From NCBI RefSeq assembly GCF_022045235.1, contig NW_027266277.1:8556001-8620000 (forward strand): DNA of 64,000 nucleotides. The letters run 5' to 3'. A program made the position numbers and the translations under genes. Source of the stretch: Haliotis cracherodii. Its lineage: Eukaryota. The notes beneath the pieces were generated by a model that saw only the letters and a program-made list of their open reading frames with translations, was not told the origin of the DNA and searched no databases. Position 1 is the stretch's first letter, and each line of letters starts with the position of its first letter. This document shows positions 14,301 to 26,790 of the stretch, piece after piece.

Positions 14301-14599
14301 TCTTCGTGTTATTACGTAGCGCCATGTTTCACAAAAACGCAAGGAAGCAATTCTGAAGTCGATGCATACAAGTTAAATACATGTCCGTTCCACGTCAACA
14401 TGTTTATTATAAGAACTCTTTAATGCTAAAGTCATCGACACCGGGCTAAAAACACCTCACTGATGTCCATAGCAGTCCCGCTGACGACTTGCGTCATTAA
14501 ATATCTCTCAACAGATGCAGTCCGGATGCACGCACGCCAAGCGTTCTGGCTTCGATCTGGAATTAGTTTGACAAATTGTATATACTCCTTAAAGCATCT

Positions 14600-14705
14600 G
14601 GGCCCCGTTCCACAAAACGATCTTAACTCTATCATTGTCGTAACTCAATGTTAACGTATGGGTGTTACGATCGTCTCAGCGCTAAGATCGCTTTGTGGCA
14701 CAGGG
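14600..14705. mobile_element. Short palindromic MITE
   Basis: Left CCCCGTTCCACAAAACGATCTTA pairs with right TAAGATCGCTTTGTGGCACAGGG; inner TCGTAAC...GTTACGA pairing; right tip eroded, no TSD seen. Confidence 0.7.
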
Positions 14706-14855
14706 AAGCGATCATAATCCCATCACCCAAATGTGTCAAGTGAACTGTCGAGTTCAAAGGGCATAGCTAAAGATGGATCGAGTTCTTTTCAGAGTCTTTT
14801 ATTTCTTCACGGGACGACCTTAGAAAAATCCCATCTTCGCCACTGTCTCCATATT

Positions 14856-15420
14856 GTGGCCAGCCTTGTGTCTCTCTCCCGCTCTCACGTCTCAGGTACA
14901 CTGAGATGCAAACCCATGTGATCAGCCTTGTGTCTCTCTCCCACTCTCACGTCTCTCGTACACTGAGATAAATCGCTTGTGACCAGCCTTGTGTCTTTCT
15001 CCCGCTCTCACGTCTCTACTACATTGAAATAAAGCCAACGTGACCAGCCTTGTGTCTCTCTCCCGCTCTCACGTCTCTACTACATTGAAATAAAGCCAAC
15101 GTGACCAGCCTTGTGACTCTCTCCCGCTCTCACGTCTCCGGTACACTGATATAAAGCCCACGTGACCAGCCCTGTGTCTCTCTCCAGCTCTCACGTCTCC
15201 GGTACACTGAGATAAAGCCCACGTGACCAGCCTTGTGTCTCTCTCCCGCTCTTACGTTTCCGGTACACTGAGATGCAAACCACGTGACCAGCCTTGTGTC
15301 TCTCTCCCGCTCTCACGTCTTCAGTACACTGAGATAAAGCCCACGTGACCAGCCTTGTGTCTCTCTCCCGCTCTCACGTTTCCGGTACACTGAGATAAAT
15401 CTTATGTGACATGTCTCTCT
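14856..15420. repeat. 61-bp minisatellite (GTGACCAGCCTTGTGTCTCTCTCCCGCTCTCACGTCTCCGGTACACTGAGATAAAGCCCAC), ~9 copies
   Basis: Units at 15040, 15101, 15162, 15223, 15284, 15345. Confidence 0.95.
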
Positions 15421-16264
15421 GTTTAAATAAGTGCTTTCGTGTCACATTGACACACATAATTGGATCAGCGGACATAGCAAACACAGTGCTGTTTTTGCGA
15501 GTTGCTGGAACGGCCAAGTTTGGCAGAACCCAGTAGCTCCCCTTAGATTCATTCTTAACCAGCACTTCGGTCAAGCGCACAACTCGGGTTTCAATAATTA
15601 CTGAATTTGCTTCTGAGATGATTTTACAAAAGGTTAATAAAATAAATAGTTTTGCAATCTTCGATGTTCACGTGACGTTCTCACTACCTGATCACTGAAG
15701 CTGTTCACATTTATTCAACAACTTACAAACAATGTATTGAAGTTAAAATATGTTTTATTCTGGCACAGGGGAATAAATGAAAACAAACAATTCCAGTGCA
15801 CTGAGAACGTGCTTCTTCTATAGCCTCGGACAGAGACCACATACCGAGGCAGCACGAAGCTGGACCTACAACGTACTAAGAAAAGGCAGCATGCAAAGGG
15901 AAGTAACTCTAATTATCCCCGACAGCTTGACAGGAGTGTTGTATTTCCCAGATTTCTTTGTTTAATTTTAATGAACGTGATGGCAATGAACCACATCACA
16001 TTTACACATGTATAAACTACCACGTGTATATCATCTGGAGTCATAAGTTTGATTTCCCCTTTTCCTAAATAATTTACAAAATAAAGTCAGCTGTATTATG
16101 TAAGAGTGACTGTCTTTTATCAGGGCAATTCAGCAATATCAGCAATTCAATCGCGATGAACGACTTCGACTGTATTTGTATATAAAGAATAATATGATTC
16201 ATAGCCTTTTCTAAATCCACTTCTGAGGATATTGTTAAATATCTAAACAAATCAAACATGTACA

Positions 16265-16872
16265 AGGGGCCTGAAGTTAGCAGCGGGTTCGTTATTCGAA
16301 TAACGAAGAACAAGCCAGCACCGGGTTCGTTATTCAAAGGCTGTATATTAAAAAACTACAGAAATGTGGTCAAATACACTGAAACTCATTTAATATATGA
16401 CAGCAGGTTCGCCTTACAACGCCCAAAAGCTGTTTAGTTTTTCAGTACTTTTGAATAACGAAAACCTAACCTGCATGATTTTAGTTTTCAGTTCATGTCC
16501 AACAAATTGACAAATGTGAGGTAGTCTAATCTATGTTCGAGCAGTTTTTAGTTACTAAGCGCTGTCCAGCAACTGGAATCTAAACAGCACCATTCATGTT
16601 TTATCAATAACACTATTCAGTCGGATTCTTTCCGGCAGTTTATAGATGAATAATAACGAACTGAAAGGAGATAGATCAAACTGTATTCACTTTATTTGTA
16701 GGAAAGGTTTACAGTATTCAAAAGTACTGAATAACTAAACAGCTTTTGGATGATAATGTAAGACGAACCTGCTGTCATATATTAAATGAGTTTCAGTGTA
16801 TTTGACCACATCACTGTAGTTGTTTACTATACAGCATTTGAATAACGAACCCGCTGCTAACTTCAGGCCCCT
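16265..16872. mobile_element. Foldback/MITE non-autonomous DNA transposon with ~160-bp inverted arms
   Basis: AGGGGCCTGAAGTTAGCAGCGGGTTCGTTATTC...; arms 16265-~16456 and ~16715-16872 are reverse complements; CA on both flanks; no ORF. Confidence 0.88.
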
Positions 16873-17541
16873 CACGTTCCACTACATGTTTACATTAATG
16901 ACCCTTACCCTGGGTCTGAAACGTCCTATCTTCTGTAACGGCCTGGCGTGAATGTTGTACCCTGCGGTAACGTCGTGGCATTGGGAGGGTGGGGGTTCAT
17001 GTCAACATCACAGCCTCGCTTGTGTACACGACGCCGAGCCAATATTTATGATATGAGACAGAGCAAAGACCATCCGATTAATAAAACATAATTTCTAACA
17101 CGTATCAATAAGACACACCAAAATGTCAATGTGTGTTATAAATGTACACAATCCCCACATGGCAAGTAAGACAACAATTGCCAGAACACAGGTTCCAGCA
17201 CACAGTGCATTACATTCCGATGGTATTTTGTCAAAATTTGCAAATAAACAACCCCAAAACAGCTCACACCAGAAAATAGGAATATTTGAACGAAACAAAC
17301 ATTTGGCACTTGATATTTTCTACAATTTCCATATTTTTTAGTACGAACGTTCGAATTGTCACATAGATAGAAAAACTGAAGATTTTTAATTTTCTTCAAA
17401 GTAAATTAGAATTCAGGATCATGAGACCATGTTACAGACACTGATGTTGTGGCAATCGTGGATAACAATTTGGTGCAAATTTTCTCCACTGACACCTGTC
17501 CGTCTCCGAGGGATGGCGGTCACTAGATACCATGTACTCCA

Positions 17542-18192
17542 CACCACAACAGTAACCCACCACAGTAGTGACCCACCACAACAGTAACCCTCCACAACAG
17601 TAACCCACCACAACAGTTACCCACCACAACAGTAACCCACCACAACAGTTACCCACCACAACAGTAACCCACCACAACAGTAACCCACTACAGCATTAAC
17701 CCACCACAGCAGTGACCCACAACAACAGTAACCCACCACAACAGTAACCCACCACAGCATTAACCCACCACAACAGTAACCCACCACAGCAGTGACTCAC
17801 CGCAACAGTAACCCACCACAACAGTAACCCACCACAACAGTTACCCACCACAGCAGTAACCCACCACAACAGTGACCCACCACAACAGTAACCCACCACA
17901 ACAGTAACCCCCCACAGCAGTGACCCACAACAACAGTAACCCACCACAACAGTAACCCACCACAGCAGTAACCCACCACAACAGTGACCCACCACAACAG
18001 TAACCCACCACAACAGTAACCCACCACAGCAGTGACCCACCACAGCAGTGACCCACAACAACAGTAACCCACCACAACAGTAACCCACCACAGCAGTAAC
18101 CCACCACAACAGTGACCCACCACAACAGTAACCCACCACAACAGTAACCCTCCACAGCAGTGACCCACAACAACAGTGACCCACCACAACAA
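17542..18192. repeat. 16-bp minisatellite (ACCACAACAGTAACCC), ~40 copies
   Basis: 16-bp period; explains the WWVTVVVGYCCGG ORFs. Confidence 0.95.
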
Positions 18193-18879
18193 CGTTGCAG
18201 ACTTTCTTCATCTATTTCCTCCCCACTCCATTCATTTTAGTTTCGGCTACAGGTCGTATTGGCAATGGCCTTGCTGTCATACCAGGAATGGAGAGAGGGA
18301 ATGTCGGACCTGGGTGTTTATACCGCTCGCACTCGTTACATGGTTTAGATAGACAAATTAATTTGTTTCCGAGATATCTTGTAATTAAACAGATTTTTTC
18401 TACGAAGCTGGACAAACATTGACGACATATTAAAGCTATTGAACTATTGGAGCTGTTTATCATCAAATTGTGTTTTCTTAGATTTTGGGTGAGTGCGTGT
18501 GTCTTGACAATAATGAATATTTGGAGATGATTGTACTGGAAACTACACTCTGTATGGAACAACTGCTCCCATGGTCAACTGGTACTGCAAAAGTAGGAAA
18601 ACTTGGAAGATCAAACAGCTGAGCAGAAAAACAAATTTAGTTGTATCTGTTGATACTTTGTCAAAATCATTACCATGTTCACTCTTTCAAATTCTGTTCA
18701 GAGACAGAAAACTTTCCCCTGTTGCTGCCTCAAGACACAGGCTTTGTGTCCCAGAAAGGATGAGTAGAGCGGAGCAGTTACTGCAACAATGCATTTCTTC
18801 ACGACACCCAGCAAGTCAAGCATGTTTGCAGAAAACCTGAATTTCTGGAACAAACAAAATTTCGAACAAAAGATAGGTT

Positions 18880-19520
18880 TAGATCATAAACATGTTTAGG
18901 CAGCATCCATGTCTATTTTGTAAACACAATTCTGAATATGATTAGGGTATAAACATGTTTAGACCGTACATTGTACATATATTTCTTAATTACAAATACA
19001 AATATGTTTAGGGTACAAAGATCATACACGGGTTTATAGTTAAAACACAATTAGAAATATGCTTAGGGGAAAACATGTTTAGATCATTCACATGTTTGTA
19101 TTTAATATTCTAATTTCTAAACATGATCAGGGTACGTACATGTTTAGATGACACACATGTTTAAAAATGAATACAATTCTGAAACATGTTTAGGGTTCAA
19201 ACATGTTTAGATAATACACATGTTTACCTGTCAAACACAGTTGGAAATATGATTACGTTATAAACATGTTTGTACTTTTCCCATGCTTGTATTTTTTCAT
19301 TCACAATTCTAAATATGTTTTGGGTGTAAGCGTGTTTATGTATCATTCACATGTTTATCTTTTAAACACAGTGCTAAATATGTTTAGGGTATAACAAAAT
19401 TTTATATCGTACACATGTTTAGTTTTTAAACAAAATGCAATATGTGATTAGGGTGTAAACATGTTTAGATCATATACATGTTATGTAGTAAACGCAGTTC
19501 TAAATATGTTTAGGGTATAT
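18880..19520. repeat. Degenerate ~63-bp tandem repeat rich in AAACATGTTTAG, ~10 copies
   Basis: AAACATGTTT/ATATGTTTAGGGT motifs recur at about 60-65-bp spacing (18888, 18951, 19072, 19199, 19262, 19457). Confidence 0.75.
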
Positions 19521-20138
19521 TTATTTGTTGTTTAATCAATTATGAGAAGATGTTGGTTTGGAGTAACTTCCCTTTCGTGAATAAAAACTCCCTTGCTCCA
19601 CATTCTTTTTCACGGTCCGACAGTTACATGTATGTAAACTTTCAACTTAAAACATTTCCCTGCTTTTCGATTTAGACAGAACAAATTTTCTTTAAAGAAA
19701 ATACTTGAAAAATAAACCAGAATTTAAACGATAGAGTTACAAATTTGTTTAATTTTTTTTTCAGAATACTTCGGGAAAAGGATCATGTCTTTAGTTATTA
19801 ATTCATTCATTAAACTTGAAAGCTCGCTAGGAAAGACACTTTTACAAAATGAAATTAATCTAGCAGCCAAATCGATTCTTCCATCTATGATATGAAAATG
19901 TGGACTAAAATACAAACGATAGAACTGCTATTATATTTCCTTTGCCTCAAATACACGAACATTCGCTCAAATTTAAGCCGATTAAGCCTCGCTGTACTTT
20001 GCTCACATCTAATATAGACTGTAAATTAGTAAGAACCAGTAGCAAATATACAGTGTTCTCTTTGAATATATAGAAATCAGCATGCGCACTTGTGAGAAGA
20101 ACCAACGCTAAACCGCTGTAACTACACGTGCGTTATAT

Positions 20139-20141
<3 letters not shown>

Positions 20142-20214
<73 letters not shown>
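20142..20214. repeat. (GT)n microsatellite
   Basis: Perfect GT run. Confidence 0.98.
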
Positions 20215-20217
<3 letters not shown>

Positions 20218-21697
20218 ATGTAGGAGGCTAGGGGTTACAGGGGGTGGGCTAGGGTACAGGGGGTGGAGGGTCGGGGGACTTTGTTGCCTTTATATTGCTA
20301 TCAACTTTAACCGGAAGAGGTGCCAAAACGATCCCTAAAGGTCTTGAAATAACAGTAACGTATTGCAGTGTTTAGAAACAGACATGTTACGCAGAACTAA
20401 GGAAAATGTTTTCAGGTTAGGAAAATAAGCTCTACCGAAAACATAAGTGTGCTTCAACCCTCAATCTCTCTGTAAACAATGTCAATGTTCGGATCAGTTT
20501 TCCTATGTGAGTTTTGCATGATGAAAAGTTTCTGTTTTCATAACAACCGCTGTGTCTGGTGGGCTTTGTTCGAAAAGTTCACACTGTCTCTGCCATCAGG
20601 GTGTGTTGATCTTGGAAAACGATATGTCCGTCTTGTCGGACAAAAAAACCCAAAAGCAAGTATATTGCGCTTAAGAAGTCTGCCGTATGTAAGCCCATCA
20701 ACCACGCCAGGCAGATTCAGCTGAAAACACATAACTGTAAATAACATGCTGTGAATAAGAAGCAATATACTACAAAACATTTACATGCACTTTGCGTTGA
20801 ACGGACGCATGACATCGTGTATGGATTCTGTATTATGGAAGCAGATTCAAGAGTTCGTCTGTTCATGAATATTTTGGTTATTGTTGTAAGTTTTAACCTT
20901 CTATGGTGTCAGTATTGACGCACCACGCATGAGTCTGTAACCAGCTGCATCTCGCACCATCCTCCTGTTGTAGTCGGGATCAAGCGAAAGACGCGATTTC
21001 AATAACAAAGAGAAACAACATGTTTCTGATAAGTAGTTTAAGACAAAGTAATCCCTTTCAAAAATTTCGAGAATTGTTTGTTCAAACCATTTCAATTTCA
21101 CCTCAAAGTGAACTGGCAGACTTAAAAACCCGCAATCTTGATTTGTCGCTACACGAAAGGGCGCGTGGAAATATTCTGTAAATTCTTCGAATGAAACAAC
21201 AGTCCCATTTGACAACTGTGCACAGTGTAACAACACAGTACGGCATACTTTCCCTCCCGCGGCAGTGTGGGAACCGACCCTGGGACGGGTAGAGGCCAGT
21301 GGCTCTCTGAGTGGCTCTCTGAGTCGGGGATGAACCCTTGTCACAGTGCAAGTTTGTTCATTTCGTTTCTTATAACAGAAGTCCTTACATTGTGTGTCTT
21401 TTGTTTATGTTCACATTACCCAGTAAGTGTATCCTGCATACTTCCATACGACAGGTGAGGCTTTTATGTGCATCTGTTGCTGAATAGGTGCAATTAGCAC
21501 CCTAAGAGAAATCATATCACACGATGTCAACCGCAAGTGTAACTCTTGCCAGGGCCGGGCGTGTACAAAGGCAGACCCTGTGTCACTTGGTGAAGATAAT
21601 TACAGCCCCTGTATTTCAGTTTTGAGAATACTCACGTGTAACTGGCAATTTCTACCTGTCAGCTGCCTACTCCTAGGCTTACATGAACATGTTTAGT

Positions 21698-22790
21698 CAT
21701 GGCATACAGATAAAATACAGATGTCACAAAGGCTTACTTGAGTTCTTCAATCGAGAAATACGGACAACATACGCATCACAAAGGTTAACGTGACACGTTT
21801 TATTCGTGACACACAGATAAGATACACGTCATAAATGTTCGCAAGACGTGTTTTATTCCTGACATACGGGATAAGATACTTGTAAATAATGTTTACATGA
21901 CGGATAAGGTAAACGTCCCAAATGTTTACTTGACATGTTTTATTCATGGCATACGGATAAGATACTCGTAACAAAGGTTAACGTGACATGTTTTATTCGT
22001 GGCATACGGATAAGATACTCGTCACAAAGGTTTACTCAATCATTTATTTATGGCATAGGAAGAAGATACTCGTCACAAAGGTTTATTACATGTTTTAATT
22101 ATGGCATAGGGATAAGATAAACGTCACAAAGGTTTACTCCCAGTTTTATTTATGACATACGGATATGATACTCGTCACAAAGGGTAACGTGTCATATTTT
22201 ATTCATGGCATATGGATCAGATACACGTCACAAAGGTTTACGCCATGTTTTAATGATTGCATACGGATATGATACTCGTCACAAAGGTTTACTCCATGTT
22301 TTATTGATGACATACGGATATGATACTCGTCACAAAGGTTTACTCCAAGTTTTATTCACGGCATACAGATAAGATACTCGTCACAAAGGTTTACTACATG
22401 TTTTATTAATGGCATACGGATATGATACTCGTCACAAAGGTTGACTACATGTTCTATTAATGGCATACGGATATGATACTCGTCACAAAGGTTTTCTACA
22501 TGTTTTATTCATGGCATACGGATATGATACTCGTCACAAAGGTTTACTCCATGTTTTATTCATGGCATACGGATATGATACTCGTCACAAAGTTTACTCC
22601 ATGTTTTATTAATGGCATACGGATATGATACTGGTCACAAAAGTTTACTCCAAGTTTTATTTATGACATGCGGATATGATACTCGTCACAAAGTGTAACG
22701 TGACATATTTTATTATTGGCATACGGATATGATACTCGTCACAAAAGTTTACTACATGTTTTATTAATGGCATACGGATAAGATAAACAT
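21698..22790. repeat. 51/52-bp minisatellite (CATGGCATACGGATATGATACTCGTCACAAAGGTTTACTCCATGTTTTATT), ~21 copies
   Basis: Units at 22510 and 22561; 5' copies diverged. Confidence 0.93.
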
Positions 22791-25057
22791 CACACTTTAT
22801 ACTTTTTCTGAAATTACTGATTTACAAAAAGATATTCCACATTATTTTTCAATTCCCACTATACAGCTATCCGCTTCTGGGGTACATAAACAACAAGCAA
22901 TCACATAAAATAAGGTATTTCGTAGAGAAACTCCACATTCGGTATGTGAGGAAGATCGTATATCAATTACAAAAAGCTCCTAGTTGATGCAGCAGATTGA
23001 TGCATAGAAGATCTAGATGAGAACTTGTTCAACTGACACTTTTCTACAAAGTTAGATGGACTACACAAAATTAGATTATGATAGATATACATATCTGTTG
23101 AATTACCATTATCAGTACATTTATCAATAAAATTATGTTTTACTTCTTGTCCTGAATACCACAACACACCCAACTGGATGTGACGGTAGGCATGCCGTTA
23201 GCGTATAGAATCAGCTACCTGAATGTGAAATGTGCGTACTTGCATTTTACTGTGGGTTCCATAACCTCGGACACATGGAAACCTTGTTCCGAGTTTTTGA
23301 GATGATTATGTGCAGGACGGCGGACAATTATAATCTAAGGCCTTAAGAGGTATTACTTAACATAAAAGGCATTAAAAGAATTAACAGCACAGAGTCGCGT
23401 TGCTTTAATGTGTGTAAGATCATGAATACTACAACCTTGTCTAGACATTTGGATCTTCAACCAAACATTTGTCTTAATAACGTAGAAGAGTTTGGTAACC
23501 CAGGAATCGCCCTTCCTGAATAGAGGCTTGCCCTACTCATCGCCTGCAATACGCTTAAGTCTGAGCGTCCTAATCATCAAATATTGGTACTATGACACCA
23601 AGTTAAGTCAAATCGAACCAGTTCCTAAAATAGTCTTTCCCTATAAGACTTCAAAGCGCTTTTAAGGTTTTAACAAAATAAATATTTAGTGGAAAGATTT
23701 TCTGTAATTGGCACTTGATATAAAAATAAATACCTTTTGCATGGCAATGATTTTGACACGAAACATCATTAACTCGTTAATGTATAATCTTTTAGGCGAC
23801 ACCCTGAGTGATTTTAATCGAAAATTTAAAACGTATTTGAGTTGTTCATAGAAATATTCTTTTTAGTAATACATGTCTTTCGTTTGCCAAATAATGGAAG
23901 CGCTGATATGAATTGTCAGTTCTGATAGAAATGTTCATCATGATACAAAACGGTACATCATAACATGGTGCAGGAGTGACGTGCACTCTATCTTCACACA
24001 TAATTACAAGCATATATCATATCTATAATTTAAACACAGTCAAACGTAACGAAGTTAAGGAACGGGTAGTAACGGTTTAAATTTGGTTGATCGATGGCAT
24101 ATAAAACCAGTCCCGATGTGGCCAGTGATTAAGTGACAGAGATATGTAGTTCCACTGAGGTAGATGACCACTGAACATGGCGTGGCTTCATCACGCGGTC
24201 CATGCTACGGGGCAATGCTAGCCATTCTGTCAAATATTGGCTATGGATGGGGCCACGGGCAAATGACTTCTGAACAATCTCCAAGAAATTAACTGCAGAC
24301 TTTGCAAACAGAATCATTGTTCGTTTGTTCTCCAGTCATTTCTTGCATGATTTTTTCCCTGTGATTCACCATTTATGATATCTCGTTACATTATGGAACA
24401 CTTCACACTAAAGCAAAGCGAAAAATTGAGGGAAAATATTATTCTAAAGTTATGACTCGCTGCAATCAGTGATAGCTAAAGGCTGAGATTCACAAAATTA
24501 GGAATAGCTTGAGGATCTTTCACAAATTAAAGATGCCTCATTCCTTTATTTGGGCCGAAAATTTTCGATTTCTCTTTTTTGCACGAACAATAGGTCGCGG
24601 GGGTCATGGAACATACACAAAGAACTCCTTCCGACTGACCTCTCGTTTGACCTCAAACCACGTGACTTGTCTGAGAGGATTGGACGCGTGTCATCAGCTT
24701 CAATTGAAAAATGATAATTTCCTTTTTATGTATTCGATTGTCACCCAGCGAGGCTGCAAAGACAAAATAGCAGATAAAGTGAATATCTTCAGTGCCGGAA
24801 TAACAATACTCTTTTTCGATAAATTATCACCGGCTCCATCCTCAGTCCGTCATTAACGGCGAGGCTTATGTCAACACGGGATATAATATTGTCTCATGTC
24901 TAATTCCCAACCCTTTGTCCAAGCTAGAGTGATTGCCTAGAAATTTACACAAAATGAAAATGGGTCTGGTATAAGAGCGTTTGCGTAAAGAAATTAAACA
25001 CGAAATTATCAATATAATTAATGAATCACGCGCGGGTGTGTTCTAAGTCGCTATTCT

Positions 25058-25471
25058 TTAGCCCACGTAGAGTAAACAACTGTTCCAAAACGATGTCTTA
25101 TCAGTGCTGAGCCCCAGGAAATCTCTGTCAGAATGGGATCGTACCGGAGTGAAAGCGTCTTGAAGAGGCTCAAACTGGCTCCAGTTGGCCATTCCTTTAT
25201 CCCTAGACACAAAGGAACCATATTTGTCTGGTGCAAGTTCCAGTACTTCTGTCCACCATGTGCGCTCCATTGCATCTCTATTGACCATAGATAGCCGACA
25301 GGAAAATACATTCCACTGAGCCTGATATTTCCACGTGTTCGCGTCCGGGGAGGTTGGCCGGGTCTGTAGACGAAAGTGATCAGCAGTTACAAGATTATAC
25401 CACCTGACTGGTACAAATATAATCAGGTTTGTTGAGGCGAAACAGAACAATATTATGCCAAGCGCGAACCT
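25058..25471 (-). other. Candidate coding exon of unknown gene
   Basis: Acceptor-like TGACTGTTTCACAG followed by ~137 open codons starting with hydrophobic FALGIILFCFASTNLIIFVPV; no family recognised. Confidence 0.2.
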
Positions 25472-26419
25472 GTGAAACAGTCAACTAAAGCCATACAACA
25501 ATCGGCGCTGATGTAATTTAGTGCTCTTCGGATTCCAGACCATATTCTAGCCACATCGCGCAGGAGTTACATGTGGATTGTCGTTCAAGAATGATTGAAC
25601 AGATGTGATATGTGTTAGTTTTGTGGTTACAAGTGAAAACACACACAAACAGGGCGACGCTTTATATTTCTACAGCCCTTAACCAGGGTGATAATAACGT
25701 TTTGCCAACGCGGTGGAACAAACACAACCTAAAATATAATTATCCAAAATTTCCTATGAAAGTCTATGATTGTTTGGCAAGTCTGGATTTCTTCAGTATA
25801 TTGGGATTTTCTCCGGGCGCCTTTATTCATTAACAGACAACACAACAGACAATGTACACTTGCTGGAAGCCTGGTCACAGCTCGGTGCACATGGGAGACA
25901 CAGATGACTTGTGTTACACGATATATTTAGTCACTCAGAAAGATTACACATAATTGATTGATAAACAAATACGTGGTTGAAGTTTTACGCCAGACGTTAA
26001 CCAAATGTAAACAATTCTTTAACTTTGTGTGTTTGCGTTTGAATAGAAATAGAAGCGTGAACCGAAATAAGTCAAGAAAACACGTAGCTACAACTAAACG
26101 GAAAGAGGATATTGCAAGTTTGTCTTGGCAAACTTCATGTTTTCATATTCGTCTTTGGTAACTAACGCCACACATATGTCATTTCCAGCGTTACCAGACA
26201 CAAAGTAGCGTGTCGTTGATCCACATAGACTTCTTGCTTCTTTGTTTCCTTGTTTCTTTGCACTCTTCACGTGTAAAGAGAAATAATGGTACTATACCAT
26301 AGGCTAAGTAGTTGTGCTGCATATTTCTGATGATATTTAATTACATTTCACAAATACTTGCTAGTGACAAGGATCAAACTTGTAGTAATCTGGTGTTGCT
26401 GAAGGATGACCAATTTCAG

Positions 26420-26790
26420 AATGGTGTAATGTGATATGGAGTTTGTGCAATATGCACATCTGAAGCAGTGTTGGTGGGGTGTCATATAGATAACAATGGT
26501 GTAATGTGACATGGAGTGAGTGCAATATGCACGTCTGAACCAGTGTTGGTGGGGTATCATATAGATAATGGTGCAATGTAACATGGAGTGAGTGCAATAT
26601 GCACATCTTACCCAGTGTTGGTGGGGTATCATATAGATAACAACGGACGGTGCAATGTAACATGGAGTGAGTGCAATATGCACATCTTACCCAGTGTTGG
26701 TGGGTATGATATAGATAACAACGGTGTAATGTGACATCAAATGAGTATATATCTGAACTAGAGTTTTTGGATATGATATACATTACAATA
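26420..26790. repeat. ~75-bp tandem repeat, 4-5 copies
   Basis: GTGCAATATGCAC at 26445, 26520, 26592, 26671. Confidence 0.88.

Noticed and set aside
17419-18211. Cys/Gly/Trp-rich keratin-associated-like ORFs
   Set aside because: A 16-bp unit gives the same peptide in all three frames
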